Below are positions 49,701-60,206 of a stretch of DNA of 64,000 nucleotides, in pieces (position 1 is the stretch's first letter; each line of letters starts with the position of its first letter). Location of the stretch: positions 530,527 to 594,526 of the forward strand of contig NMRA01000200.1 in assembly GCA_002633005.1 (NCBI GenBank), given 5' to 3'. The notes below the pieces were generated by a model. The model had not been told where the DNA came from. It saw only the letters and a list, made by a program, of their open reading frames with translations, and did not search any database. Made by a program: the position numbers and the translations under genes. The stretch is from Phoronis australis (Eukaryota > Animalia > Phoronida).

Positions 49701-52700
49701 GGCTGTATCTCCCAAACCGTTTGCAGGATCTTTACTAAATTTAGCAAGTGTATTTATGTGATGTTGACAACGGACGATGACGACTTTAGGATGATTCTGA
49801 CTACCGGTATGCCTCTAGTGGCAATTTTAGTATTTGCCTCTAGTGGCAATTTTAGTATTTTACATTGACCTCTGTATTTTCATAGGTCTTCAGGTGTATA
49901 CTTTGTGTTACTTCGTGACTGTGAAGGAAAAGTTCCAAGTAGAAATTTGTTTCTGGCATTCTAATGCTGTGCTAATCTCGTATGTTGGTAAATTTGTTTT
50001 TAATTCTATGTTTCTGTGGTGCTTTAAGCAACTGGTGTATAGGATGTGCTTGTATTATGAAGATTACTCACATTTTGCCCCTAGCCTATTGAGGAGACAA
50101 TGACCATGCCTTTCCATTTTGCAAAGTATGCCCTCTACTGGCCACTTTATGGTACCAATAAACAACCCTAGAAGGATACCGTATGCGGTGCAATTGTGGG
50201 CGCATTTCAACGCTCCGCGTTGCTCTTGTTATTACTTATTTGAATCCCCAATGACGTATTAGCTGGTGACAGAACAAGGTTTGGTGGAAATCACCAAAAC
50301 AGGGTTTACTATCATTTTAATGTTGCAATAAAAGAAAATGTAAACAGTGTAAACATCCAGTACTCTTCTGCTTGTTTCAGGTTTCCCTCACGAGAAGTTA
50401 CAATCTCGTACATTACAGCTGACTGTAATAGATTTTGACAGGTTTAGCCGCGACGATCCCATAGGAGAAGTTCTAATCCCTTTGGCTGCAATTTATTTAT
50501 TTGAAGAAAAAACATTTTGGAAGTATTTACAGCCATGCAGCAAGACAAGGGTACGTAAACTGTACTGTGTACTAATAAGGTTAAACACTCGGCTACAGTG
50601 TAACTGTACAGTGTCACCTGAACAATTACTATTGTTATTGATAGATTAATTCTTATTGACACATGACCAAGCAAAAACGCTGTACCTTGACAGTTTTGGC
50701 TACTCACAGCAGCCATCTTCGGAAGCTATTGGACACTAGGTGGCGAGATGATGACACTGTTCCAAATTTTAGACAGTTTAGACCCCCCATCGTCTCTGTT
50801 CATTAATGAGCCACTTTTTTCACCCAAATAAACTCTCTAATCTGTCTAATAACAAATCTGCAGTCACGGACCATGCTATTGCTTTTAACCACGTAATTAA
50901 CTGGAAAGACGCTTGTCCTGTCAAGTCTGAAAATAACTTGAGATCTAGATGGATTAGAGAGCCTATTTGGGTGAAAAAAGTGGCTCAGTTATGAACAGAG
51001 ACGATGGGGGGTATAAATTGTTTAAAATTTTGAACAGTGTCATCACCTTGCCACCTAGTGTCTATTATAGCTTCCGAAGATGGCTGCTGTGAGTAGCCGA
51101 AACTGTCAAGGTACAGCGTTTTTGCTTGGTTGTGTCAATAAGAATTAATCTATCTGTTCTCTACCAACCTTATGAAATTATTTAGTGCTATTCTTATTGG
51201 TGACTTGATAATAGAAATTACAAATTTTGCAAAAACTTGATCAAATCATTTCTGCCTTGCATGACGTCATTGCTGCTATATAGGTAGGTATCATCTAACT
51301 GAGTAATTATGTTAATTCTAAAATAAGTTTTGCTTAATTCTTTTTATGCACCCACATATTTATATGTGGTCGCATATTGCCGTCACCTCTGTCTGGTGTC
51401 CATCATCCAGTGGCCGCAGCTGTATCTCCTAAACGCCTTACAGGATCTTGATGAGATTTGACAGATGTGTTTCTATGAAGCTGACGACAGAAGACGACAA
51501 ATTTTGTACCTCTCTGACTACCGGTGTACCTCCTAGTGGCAATTTTATTTTTTTACACTTACCTCTGTATCTTCGGAGGTCCTCAACGGATTTTCATAAA
51601 ATGTGCTATTAGCGAGATGATGCCGTCCTCTCATTTTCGCACGGATTTGAGGTACTTTGCACCACCTAGTGGCCATTTTTACTGTTTTCGAGTCTGTTTT
51701 TTGGTGTCCGTCCTTCTATCAACCAAACCGCTCGAGGGATGATTTTGAAAATCGGCATATATGCTCCTACCATGAAGAGGGCATCTGATGATGATTTTCC
51801 GACGACTTCGGCAACTGTGGCCCATCCTAGTGTCAGTTTTGTTTGTTTTTGCGCTCTTGGCTAAATCTCCTAAACGCTCCACAGGATCGTTATTGAATTT
51901 TGCTGGTGTATTTATATAAAGTTGACAACAGAGGATGATGACTTTTGGACGGATTTGGACGACCAGTGTGTCCCCTAGGGGCAATTTTAATTTTTTACGT
52001 TTACCTCTGTATTTTCAAACCTGGTTAACGGATTTTTGTAAAATTTGGCAGATAAGCATTTATTAGAGAAGTGATGCTATCTTCTGGGTTTTGGTTGAAT
52101 TTGAGGCATTTTACATCACCTAGTGGCCATTTTTACTGTTTTCGAGTCTGTTTTTTGGCATCTGCCCCTCTTTTAACAAAACCACTCTAAGGATGATTGT
52201 AGAAATTGGCATGTATGTTCCTAATGTGAAGAGGAGGGTTGTCGATGATTTTCCGACTAACTTGACAACTGTGGCGCCTCCCAGTGACATTTTTTAGAGC
52301 CTAAACCCTCTGCAGGATCTTAATTAAATTTAGCAAGTGTATTTATATCTACTTGACAACAAACGACGACGACTTTCGGATGGATCAAACTACTGGTGTT
52401 CCCCTTAGTGGCAATTTTAGTTTTTTAATTTTACCTCAGAGTCTGTATCTTCAAAGGTCCTCAACGGAATTTTCATAAAGTTTTGCAGGTAGGCATCTAT
52501 TAGTGAGCTGATACTATCCTTTGGTTTTCAGTTTGATTCATGATACTTTGGGCCACCTAGCAGCCATTTTTACTGTTTTAGAGTCTTGTTATTTGGCATT
52601 TGACCCTCTGTTAATAAAACCACTCTAAGGATGTTTGTGGAAATTAGGATGTATGTTCTTAATGTGAAGAGGAAGTCTGACAATGATTTTCTGACAACTT

Positions 52701-55700
52701 CTGAGTGGCGCCTCATAATGGCAGTTTTTTTGCCTAAAGCTTCCTACTGGCAATTTCGTTTTTTCGTTTTCCTTAGTTTCTCAAAAGTTCCTTGAAGGAT
52801 TTTTATGAAATTTGGTAAATATCTTTGTCACATACCAGTTTTCAGATGGATTCGACGTATTTTGCATCATCTAATGGCCATTTTTATGTTCCAAATAAAC
52901 ACCCCATGAAGCACACCATTTGCTATGCATTTGTGGGTGCATTTCAATGCTCCGCGTTGCTCTTGTTTTGAGATTACTAGTACTTGGACTGGGAGGTTTT
53001 CACGTTTGGAATGACTACAAGCACGTATCACTTTTTTCCACACAAATTGCATGATATTACTTTTATGTCATATGAGGTAAAAAACATGGCTTATTGTCTT
53101 TCATTTCCAGATACAATCCTGTCATAAAAGGACATCAACTGTCACTTTTTACTCTGTGTTGATCAGTCTTATCGTGCTCTGTGTTGATCGGCCTTAGCAT
53201 GCTCTGTGTTGATCGGACTTAGTGTGCCCTGTGTTGATCAGCCTTAGTGTGCCCTGTGTTGATCGGCCTTAGCGTGGTCTGTCTTTTCAGATTGAAAAGA
53301 ATGTGAACACTCAAACTGATTCTGCCTTGGTGCAAGAGTTTTAAAGTGTTCCTTCTACATTTCTAGAAACCCATAAATTCATAAAGAGCAGCAGATTTTC
53401 TAAAGAATCTTCAAGTGCATACCATTAGGTATTATAACAGCCACTTTAAATAGGCTTCTACAGCTGTCAATTAAGGTTTCAATTTTCATAAAACGAGTCT
53501 TTCTGCAAATACTTTTCCAAGTCAGGATAAGGTGCATTTGTATTATTCTGGTGGAAATTGATAAAGTACTCTGCGGTGTTTTTGTGTTGTTAGTTATGTT
53601 GCAGGCAACTTTAAGTGAGTATGACAATTTGGGTACTGAATTCTCACTCACAATATATAGGAGATAGTCCTGAACTCAACTACACTTTTGTGTTTTAATT
53701 CTAGATACCTTTTGTACAAAGTCACTTCTGTTAATTGTACATAGAATAACTGTTAAATTTACAAGCATGTGCTGATGAAGCAATTCATAGTTGATAGAAT
53801 ACTGCTATTGACTGGTTTAATTAAACAAGTCACTTCTGCGATGAAAAAACAAGTGCATTGCCAAGTAAACTAGAAAGATCTTGATTACGCCATTTCTTTT
53901 AAATCTTCATCCATATTCGATGGATCGATTCCTCTTTTTCATGCCTACTATGACAACTGAGTGACTGGATATTTTGTCTGCAGTGAAGATAGCAATTACT
54001 ATCCATTGCATGTATGTTGCTTCCTTCTGTCCGTAAAATGGTGGTTGTGCCAAGTGCCCCCATGGTTTGGAGTGACCCCATGGTTTGGAGTGACCCCATT
54101 GCACTAAACCTTCCCCAATGGGTCCTGTTGAAGTATGAAATTGGTGTGCTCTCATTCTTGTGTCTGCAGGGTAAAAAGGGAGAACTCCTCGTCTCACTTT
54201 GCTACCAGCCTACTGCAGGAAGGGTTACCGTGGTTATCATGAAGGCACGTGAACTGAAGGCTAAAGATGTTACAGGTACTTCAGGTAAGCAACACAATAC
54301 AGGTGGAAACTCATGAAGGGAATTATGTTGAACACAAATAGGTACTACATGGTAGTGATTCAGTTTACCTTTTTTATGTAACCACATCTTTATATGTAGA
54401 CATATTATGCGGTCATCCCTGTCCGTCCAACCATCCAGTGTCGGCTCGTCTACAGCTCTATCTCCAAAACCTTTTGACGTATGTTCATGAAATTTTGCAC
54501 GTGTTCTTTTCATTAATGAGATGACATAAGTGAACTTTCGGATGGATCCGACTACCAGTGTGCCCCCTAGTGGCAATTTTAGTTTTTATGTTTACCTCTG
54601 TATCTTCAAAGATCCTCATCGGATATTCATTAAATTTGGCATATAGGTATCTATTAGTGAGATGACACTATCCTCCATTTTAGGATGGATGTATTTTGCG
54701 CCACCTACTGGCCATTTTTACTGTTTTCAAGTTGTTTTTTTGGCGTTCTCCCCTCTATCAAACCAAACCGCTCTAAGATGATTGTGAAAATTGGCATATA
54801 TGTTCTTATGAAGAGGACGGCTGACAATGATTTTCCAACGACTTCGACTACTGTGGCGCGTCCTAATGGCAGTTTTTTTTTGTGCCCATGGCTGTATATC
54901 CTAAACTCTCTGCAGGATCTTTACTAAATTTAGCAAGTCTATTTATATGAAGATGACAACATACGACGATGATTTTCGTACGGATCTGACTACCGGTGTG
55001 GCCCTAGTGGCAGTTTTAGTTTTTTACGTTTACCTCTGTATGTTCAAAGGTCCTCAACGGCTTATCATAAAATTTGGAATATACTAGGCATCTTTTGGTG
55101 AGATGACATTATCCTCCCTTTTTCGGATGGATTCGAGGTATTTTGCGCCGCCTAGTGGTCATTTTTGCTGTTTTCAAGTCCGTCTCTCTATCAAATCAAC
55201 CAAACCATTCTTAGGATGATTTTCAAAATTGGCGTATATGTTCTCAGTGTAAAGAGCATGGTTGATGATGACGACGACTTTGACTACTGTGGCTCCTCCT
55301 AGTGGCATTTTTTTGCGCCCAGAGCTGTATCTTCTAGACTCGCTGCAGAATCTATTATATTTTGCAAGACTGTATTTATATGAAGTTAACAACAGCCGAC
55401 AATGACTTTCAGACAGATCCAGTGAATGTTGTGCCCTCTAGTAGCAATTTCATTTTTTCCATTTTCCTTTGTTTCTCTGAAGTTCCTTGACAGATTTTTA
55501 TGAAATTTTGGTAAATAGCTTGCATTAATTTAAAGAAATGATGTGTTCCTGTTTTTGGATGGATTCGATTTATTTTGTGCAATCCAGTGGCCATTTTTAT
55601 GATACAAATAAACAACCCTAGAAACACACATTTGGGGTGCATTCGTGGGCACATTTCAATACTCCGCATTGTTCTTCTTATTAACATTTAAATGTTTTAA

Positions 55701-56096
55701 TCTTTCACTCTGAAATACAGTAACATCAAATAAATTGTCTTTTAGCTCAAGCTTTGAATAACATTGCAACCTTAAATGAACTCTATTTCAGATCCATATG
55801 TCAAGCTGTGGTTGTTACATCAAGGCAAGAAGATATTAAAAAAGAAGACATCAGTGAAAATGAGAACTCTTTGTCCAATATTTAACGAATCATTCATTTT
55901 TGATGTACCCGTGGGCAAAATTCGTGATTCTAGTATTCTAGTGACTGTCATGGATTATGACAGACTAAAAACCAATGACATGATTGGTCGGTTTGTATTG
56001 TCATCAAGATCAGGTCCTGCTGAAATGCAACACTGGAATGAGATGTTGCAGAAACCTAGGCAACAGATTGCTCAGTGGCACATACTAAAGGATTGA
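40465..56096 (+). CDS. SYT7: Synaptotagmin-7 (TM + C2A + C2B), spliced, about 431 aa
   Basis: Exons 40465-40757, 43754-43856, 47344-47496, 48102-48258, 50381-50550, 54170-54284, 55792-56096 total 1296 nt in one frame. N-terminal TM followed by Cys residues; C2[55 protein letters not shown]; C2[10 protein letters not shown]..; C-terminus [11 protein letters not shown]. Additional upstream exon(s) are possible. Confidence 0.93.
41517..42622. repeat. Tandem array, 31-bp unit (catgtccgttttggtaccagtttattatcgc), about 35 copies
   Basis: Direct inspection; accounts for the many repetitive ORFs at 41458-42628; short ttcccca/tggggaa inverted flanks. Confidence 0.95.
43081..43356. mobile_element. MITE with TTAA TSD and AG...CT termini (Kolobok-like)
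   Basis: ttaa|agctgcttttcaac ... gttgaaatgcagct|ttaa. Confidence 0.75.
43754..43856 (+). CDS. SYT7: SYT7 linker exon ([16 protein letters not shown]...)
   Basis: ttttctttcag acceptor, gtaagt donor; 103 nt bridges phase 2 to phase 0. Confidence 0.75.
45066..45610 (+). mobile_element. DINE-1/HINE-like element, truncated
   Basis: GTCY tract and core repeats homologous to 19982-21685. Confidence 0.8.
47344..47496 (+). CDS. SYT7: SYT7 exon, start of C2A ([11 protein letters not shown])
   Basis: ctgcag acceptor, gtaagt donor, 153 nt. Confidence 0.9.
48102..48258 (+). CDS. SYT7: SYT7 C2A exon
   Basis: [20 protein letters not shown]...FCFE, 157 nt. Confidence 0.93.
49134..50230 (+). mobile_element. 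Full-length DINE-1/HINE-like element
   Basis: 5' hairpin, (GTCC)n microsatellite at ~49183-49211, core repeats, 3' tgtgggcgcat subTIR, caacgc-tcc-gcgttg stem-loop, ctcttgtt. Confidence 0.9.
50381..50550 (+). CDS. SYT7: SYT7 C2A exon
   Basis: [31 protein letters not shown]..., 170 nt; absent from the ORF track. Confidence 0.93.
50640..51154 (+). mobile_element. Penelope-like element 3' fragment with inverted pLTR copy
   Basis: GIY-YIG C-terminal motif KSAVTDHA...HVINW...RWIREPIWV...MNRDDGGY; 50640-50842 is the reverse complement of ~50952-51154. Confidence 0.85.
51068..51113 (+). ncRNA. Minimal type-I hammerhead-ribozyme-like motif (non-canonical core)
   Basis: tagctt-CCGAAGA-t-ggctgc(tgtga)gtagcc-GAAA-c-t-GTC-aaggta; stems I and II pair; U4 is replaced by C. 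Confidence 0.5.
51341..52967 (+). mobile_element. Full-length DINE-1/HINE-like element
   Basis: Same termini and ~450-bp core repeats. Confidence 0.87.
53152..53282. repeat. Minisatellite, 25-bp unit (ctgtgttgatcggccttagtgtgcc), about 5 copies
   Basis: Direct inspection. Confidence 0.88.
54170..54284 (+). CDS. SYT7: SYT7 C2B exon
   Basis: [38 protein letters not shown], 115 nt. Confidence 0.93.
54370..55679 (+). mobile_element. Full-length DINE-1/HINE-like element
   Basis: Same termini and core repeats. Confidence 0.87.
55792..56096 (+). CDS. SYT7: SYT7 last coding exon (C2B)
   Basis: DPYVKLWL...[13 protein letters not shown]...IAQWHILKD*. Confidence 0.94.
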
Positions 56097-56261
56097 GGAG
56101 AGGTCTGATCAGTTAGTGTGCATCTTTAACAAGCCGAGTGCATCAGGCAGCTGCTGGAATACAGAGTGTCAGGATGTATTGTCTTGAGACATCAACTAGT
56201 ACTTGATCCAGCAAGTGTCAACAAACACTTTTGTTGTGTTCAAAGACACTTCTCTAGTAAT

Positions 56262-57100
56262 CCAGTGGCAGTCCTGAGGTACACTGTTTGCCTCCACAAG
56301 GTGTCCTACAGCTGTACTGTAGCATGACTCTGTAGTGACCTCCTGAAGTAAAGGGCATCGTCACCCCATTGCTGCACTGTAGAATGGCTCTGTCAGGACC
56401 TCCTGGGGTACAGGCCATCGTCCCCTGACAGCTGTACTGTTGCATGACTCTGTGGTGATCTCCTTAGATAAACTGCATCGTCACCCAAATGCTGCACTTT
56501 AGAATGGCTCTGTCATGACCTCCTTAAGTACAGAGCATTGTCCATCGACTGCTGTGCTGTAGCATGACTCTGTGGTGACCTCCTGAGGTACAGGGCGTCG
56601 TCACCCGACAGTTGTGCTGTAGCATGACTCTGTGGTGACCTCCTGAAGTACAGGGCATCGTCATCCGACGGTTGTACAGTAGTATGACTCTGTGGTGACC
56701 TCCTGAGGTACAGGGCATCTTCTCCTGACAGCTGTTCTGTAGTATGACTCTGTGGTGACCTCCTGAGGTACAGGGCATCTTCCCCTGACAGCTGTACTGT
56801 AGCAGGACCCGGTTACCTCCTGAAGTAAAGGGCATCGTCACCCTAATGCTGCATTGTAGAATGGCTTTGTCAGGACCTGGGGTACAGGGCATTGTACATC
56901 GACTGCTATGTAGTACGACTCTGTGGTGACCTCCTGAGGTACAGGGCATCATGCTCTTACAGTTGTACCATAGCATGGCTCTTGTAGTTACAGGGCATCA
57001 TTCCCTTACAACTGTACTGTAGGATAGCTCTGTGGTACCTCCTTTGGCACAGTGCATCGTCTCCCTACAAATGTGCTGTAACGCGACTCCATTGTGACCT
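56262..57100. repeat. 60-bp tandem repeat, about 13-14 copies, just 3' of the SYT7 stop
   Basis: ctgtggtgacctcctgaggtacagggcatcgtc...ctgtagcatgact; in register with the 60-nt lines from 56341 to 56761. Confidence 0.92.
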
Positions 57101-58857
57101 GTTATTCCAGGCACTGGCCTAAAAGGTACTATCATTCATGATTGGTGAGCTGAGGTACACGGCTTTGTTCCCCTACATGTCTGCCTCTAGGTTAAATAGT
57201 TTTCCGGGCTAGTTTTTTGGTCCGTCTGTCTCAGGTACAGAATGTAATTAGTGCACGTATTTACCAGTACATGCTAATGTTGCCAGTATCATAGCTGTAA
57301 TTTTCTTTTTTGACATTGGTATAAGAAATGCAAGATACTCGTAATGTTGTCCTATATCAAGTTCACGCTTCCATTACTGTCAAACTTTCCTTATTATCAG
57401 TCTGTGATTGAACTCTAGAACATGGAGATATCTGAATATGTGTTTGTTTGAAATGATCAAGATATTTGTCAAAAGTAACGTCATCACCCTGGGTTTGTGG
57501 AACATTCCGTTATCTTGGGTTTAACTCTGATCTTTTCTCTGACAAATTGCATGGTGGAAAACATGTAAGGTAAAAGGGCTACCTCGATGTCTTGGCTCAT
57601 CTTTAATGTGCCAGTCTGCATGGTGCAGAGATATTATAAAAATTGGTTTGTTCGATTTTATTGCAACAAATCTAAAAAAATAAGCCAACGTTTTTTATCT
57701 CCACTTTGAACCAGTTGTACCGTGTGTGATGTGGGCACAAAAATTGCATCTTTTCGATAAATAGTTCAACCAAGACAAAATTGTTGTTATGTCTACATTT
57801 TTCAAGGTGTGAACACTATACCTTGCTCAGTTATACTTTTAAAGATCAACTGCCAAAATTTTGTGTCTAGAGAAATTGTACAGGTATAATGAGAAGACAA
57901 AAGAAAAGTGCATTTGTAACTACTTCAATCTTAAACCCAGTGCCAACCATGATCTGGTGTTAAAACGTCAACACAATTCCTTGCACACACACACTTGCTC
58001 TTCCAAAGCAACGTCTGCATTGTTATCCTTTGTTTTGCATTGAACTTGGTTACAATAGAGTTGCCTGATGACCATTCTGCAATGGGGAATAAAAACCAGC
58101 TGTAACAAGCTGGTCTGAAGCATTAGCCAACTGTCAACTCTTTCAAAGCATCATTTTTGATCTGACCAAAGAACAAGATGAGAACAATTATAACTATGTG
58201 GCCTAATTCAAGTTAGTTTACAGGTGATGGTTTATTGTCCCTCAAGTGTGTAATGAGACACAATAGCTAGATGAGGTTTAGACCTAACTGTAGGCGTTAA
58301 AGGTACAGGGTTAAGTTAATTTTTGACTGGTGCAGGTTTCTATCCCCTTTAACGAAACACTACTTTAAAATCTCACCATTTTCAGACAAAAATAATTATC
58401 AAATTTGCTTCTTTTTAATTTTCAAAGGCTTATAACTCTATTGCGAATTGCCATAAATTTTTAAAATATCACCTGATGGTAGTTTTTGTTACAGAGTTTG
58501 ATGATGGAAATTTCACTTGCCCACCATGGTATGACCTAAATTTGCGAGATTTAACCATATATGTGTGTAGCAGCTTTTATTGCTGAACCGGGAAAAAGAA
58601 GCACTAACATCGCAACAGATGAACTCGTAAAAGTGAAAACAACATTTATCAGATAAATTTATTTGAAATTAGGTAAATATTCTTCATTACAGTCACATGT
58701 GGTGATACAGTCAAAAGTTGATAAATATTCTACTTTAAACAAGTCTTAAATCAAGTGCGAGGTGATGAATACAACAGAAGAACCTATCAATGAACTGAAT
58801 CTAGTCCTGGACAGAGTTGTGTAGTGCCAAAACACTTGCCAGAAAACCTAGAGTGAT

Positions 58858-59030
58858 CCTGTGCTATACTTGTAATACATAATTCACGGAACACAGTGCC
58901 TGGGTGTACCTGTGCTATACTTGTAATACATAATTCACGGAACACAGTGCCTGGGTGTACCTGTGCTATACTTGTAATACATAATTCCCAATTTTTTTAC
59001 ATTTACGGAACACAGTGCCTGGGTGTACTT
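58858..59030. repeat. Minisatellite, 51-bp unit, about 3 copies
   Basis: cctgtgctatacttgtaatacataattcacggaacacagtgcctgggtgta. Confidence 0.88.
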
Positions 59031-60054
59031 GTGCATGACTCAGAACACCTACTAACTGTACAAGATAACCACTTTGGAGGTATTCAACTAACCTACTCTC
59101 AAGATTTATAAAAAGGTGTTAACTATAATTAAATGTCTGTATTATGTATGACATGAAAAAAGAAACCTGGACCCCACTTTATTTCAATAGAAACGGGAAT
59201 ACATAATGAGCACATATAATCAAGGTAATATTACATAGTATATGTAAAGAAGTAACACTATATTTCAATAAATAATTTCATTACAAAATCAATAATGATT
59301 CAAATGGCTAAATATAACACTATAATCCACGATATATAACTTGCCTATAAGTATAAAAGACCATAATCTGTGAACAGAAATCAATATATGCCAGGGGATA
59401 CATTCACGGTGGCAATACTGGAATGATCGGGTGGGAACTCGAATATAAGCTGTTTATTAAGAATTACAACCACACTTAAGCAGGCATTAGACATTTTTGC
59501 AAGCATGTCACAGTGGCTGTTGTCCAGTTTAATGACCAACTATTTAAACACCAATACTGCAGAACAAAGGGAATGTTTCAAGGTAAAACTAGTTGACATA
59601 GAATGCTTGCACCAAGGACATAGAGCAAACAATAGGGACACTGAACTTGTGCGCGGTGCTTTCTACCAATCGACGAGTTGAAGGAGAGGGCTCAACATAA
59701 CATGTTGAAAACAGCTTCACCAGTTTTCAGCAACTCTTTATTGTGTCTGTATGAATAGTGTGCTATCATGCCACAGAAAGGCGGCTGATGAGATTCCTGA
59801 TCAATAAATTCCCAACACTATGTTCTCTTTCAATTACTTCAAACAACCACAGTGCATACAGCATCCACTGGAGTAAAATTCCAAACTGATAGCATGTTAA
59901 AATGCAGATGGCACATTCGATTCCTATATAAACTAACAATTCAGCATAAATAGTTGAGCTGCTAAAAAGAAAGTTGAAATAGATCCATGGATCCTCATCC
60001 AATGAATATGACCACAAAATCTCAGCTGCACCCTCATAGTCTACACAGCAGTGT

Positions 60055-60206
60055 TCATTCACAGAAGTTAAGTGGCTTTATCATGATACTATCCTGATCA
60101 CGGGCCATGTGTAAGTCGTAGGAGTTAATCTTCACGTCAGTAATACAACCTCTGAAGCCCTGGTAGTAGCCAGCAGGAAGACCAGTAGGTAAATTCTTCT
60201 TGCCCC
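60055..60206 (-). CDS. AGRN: Agrin last coding exon
   Basis: GGKKNLPTGLPAGYYQGFRGCI...PLNFCE*. Confidence 0.9.

Noticed and set aside
56524-56976. 150-aa Cys/His-rich minus-strand protein
   Set aside because: It arises from the 60-bp repeat; neighbouring units carry indels, and I identified no supporting gene structure.
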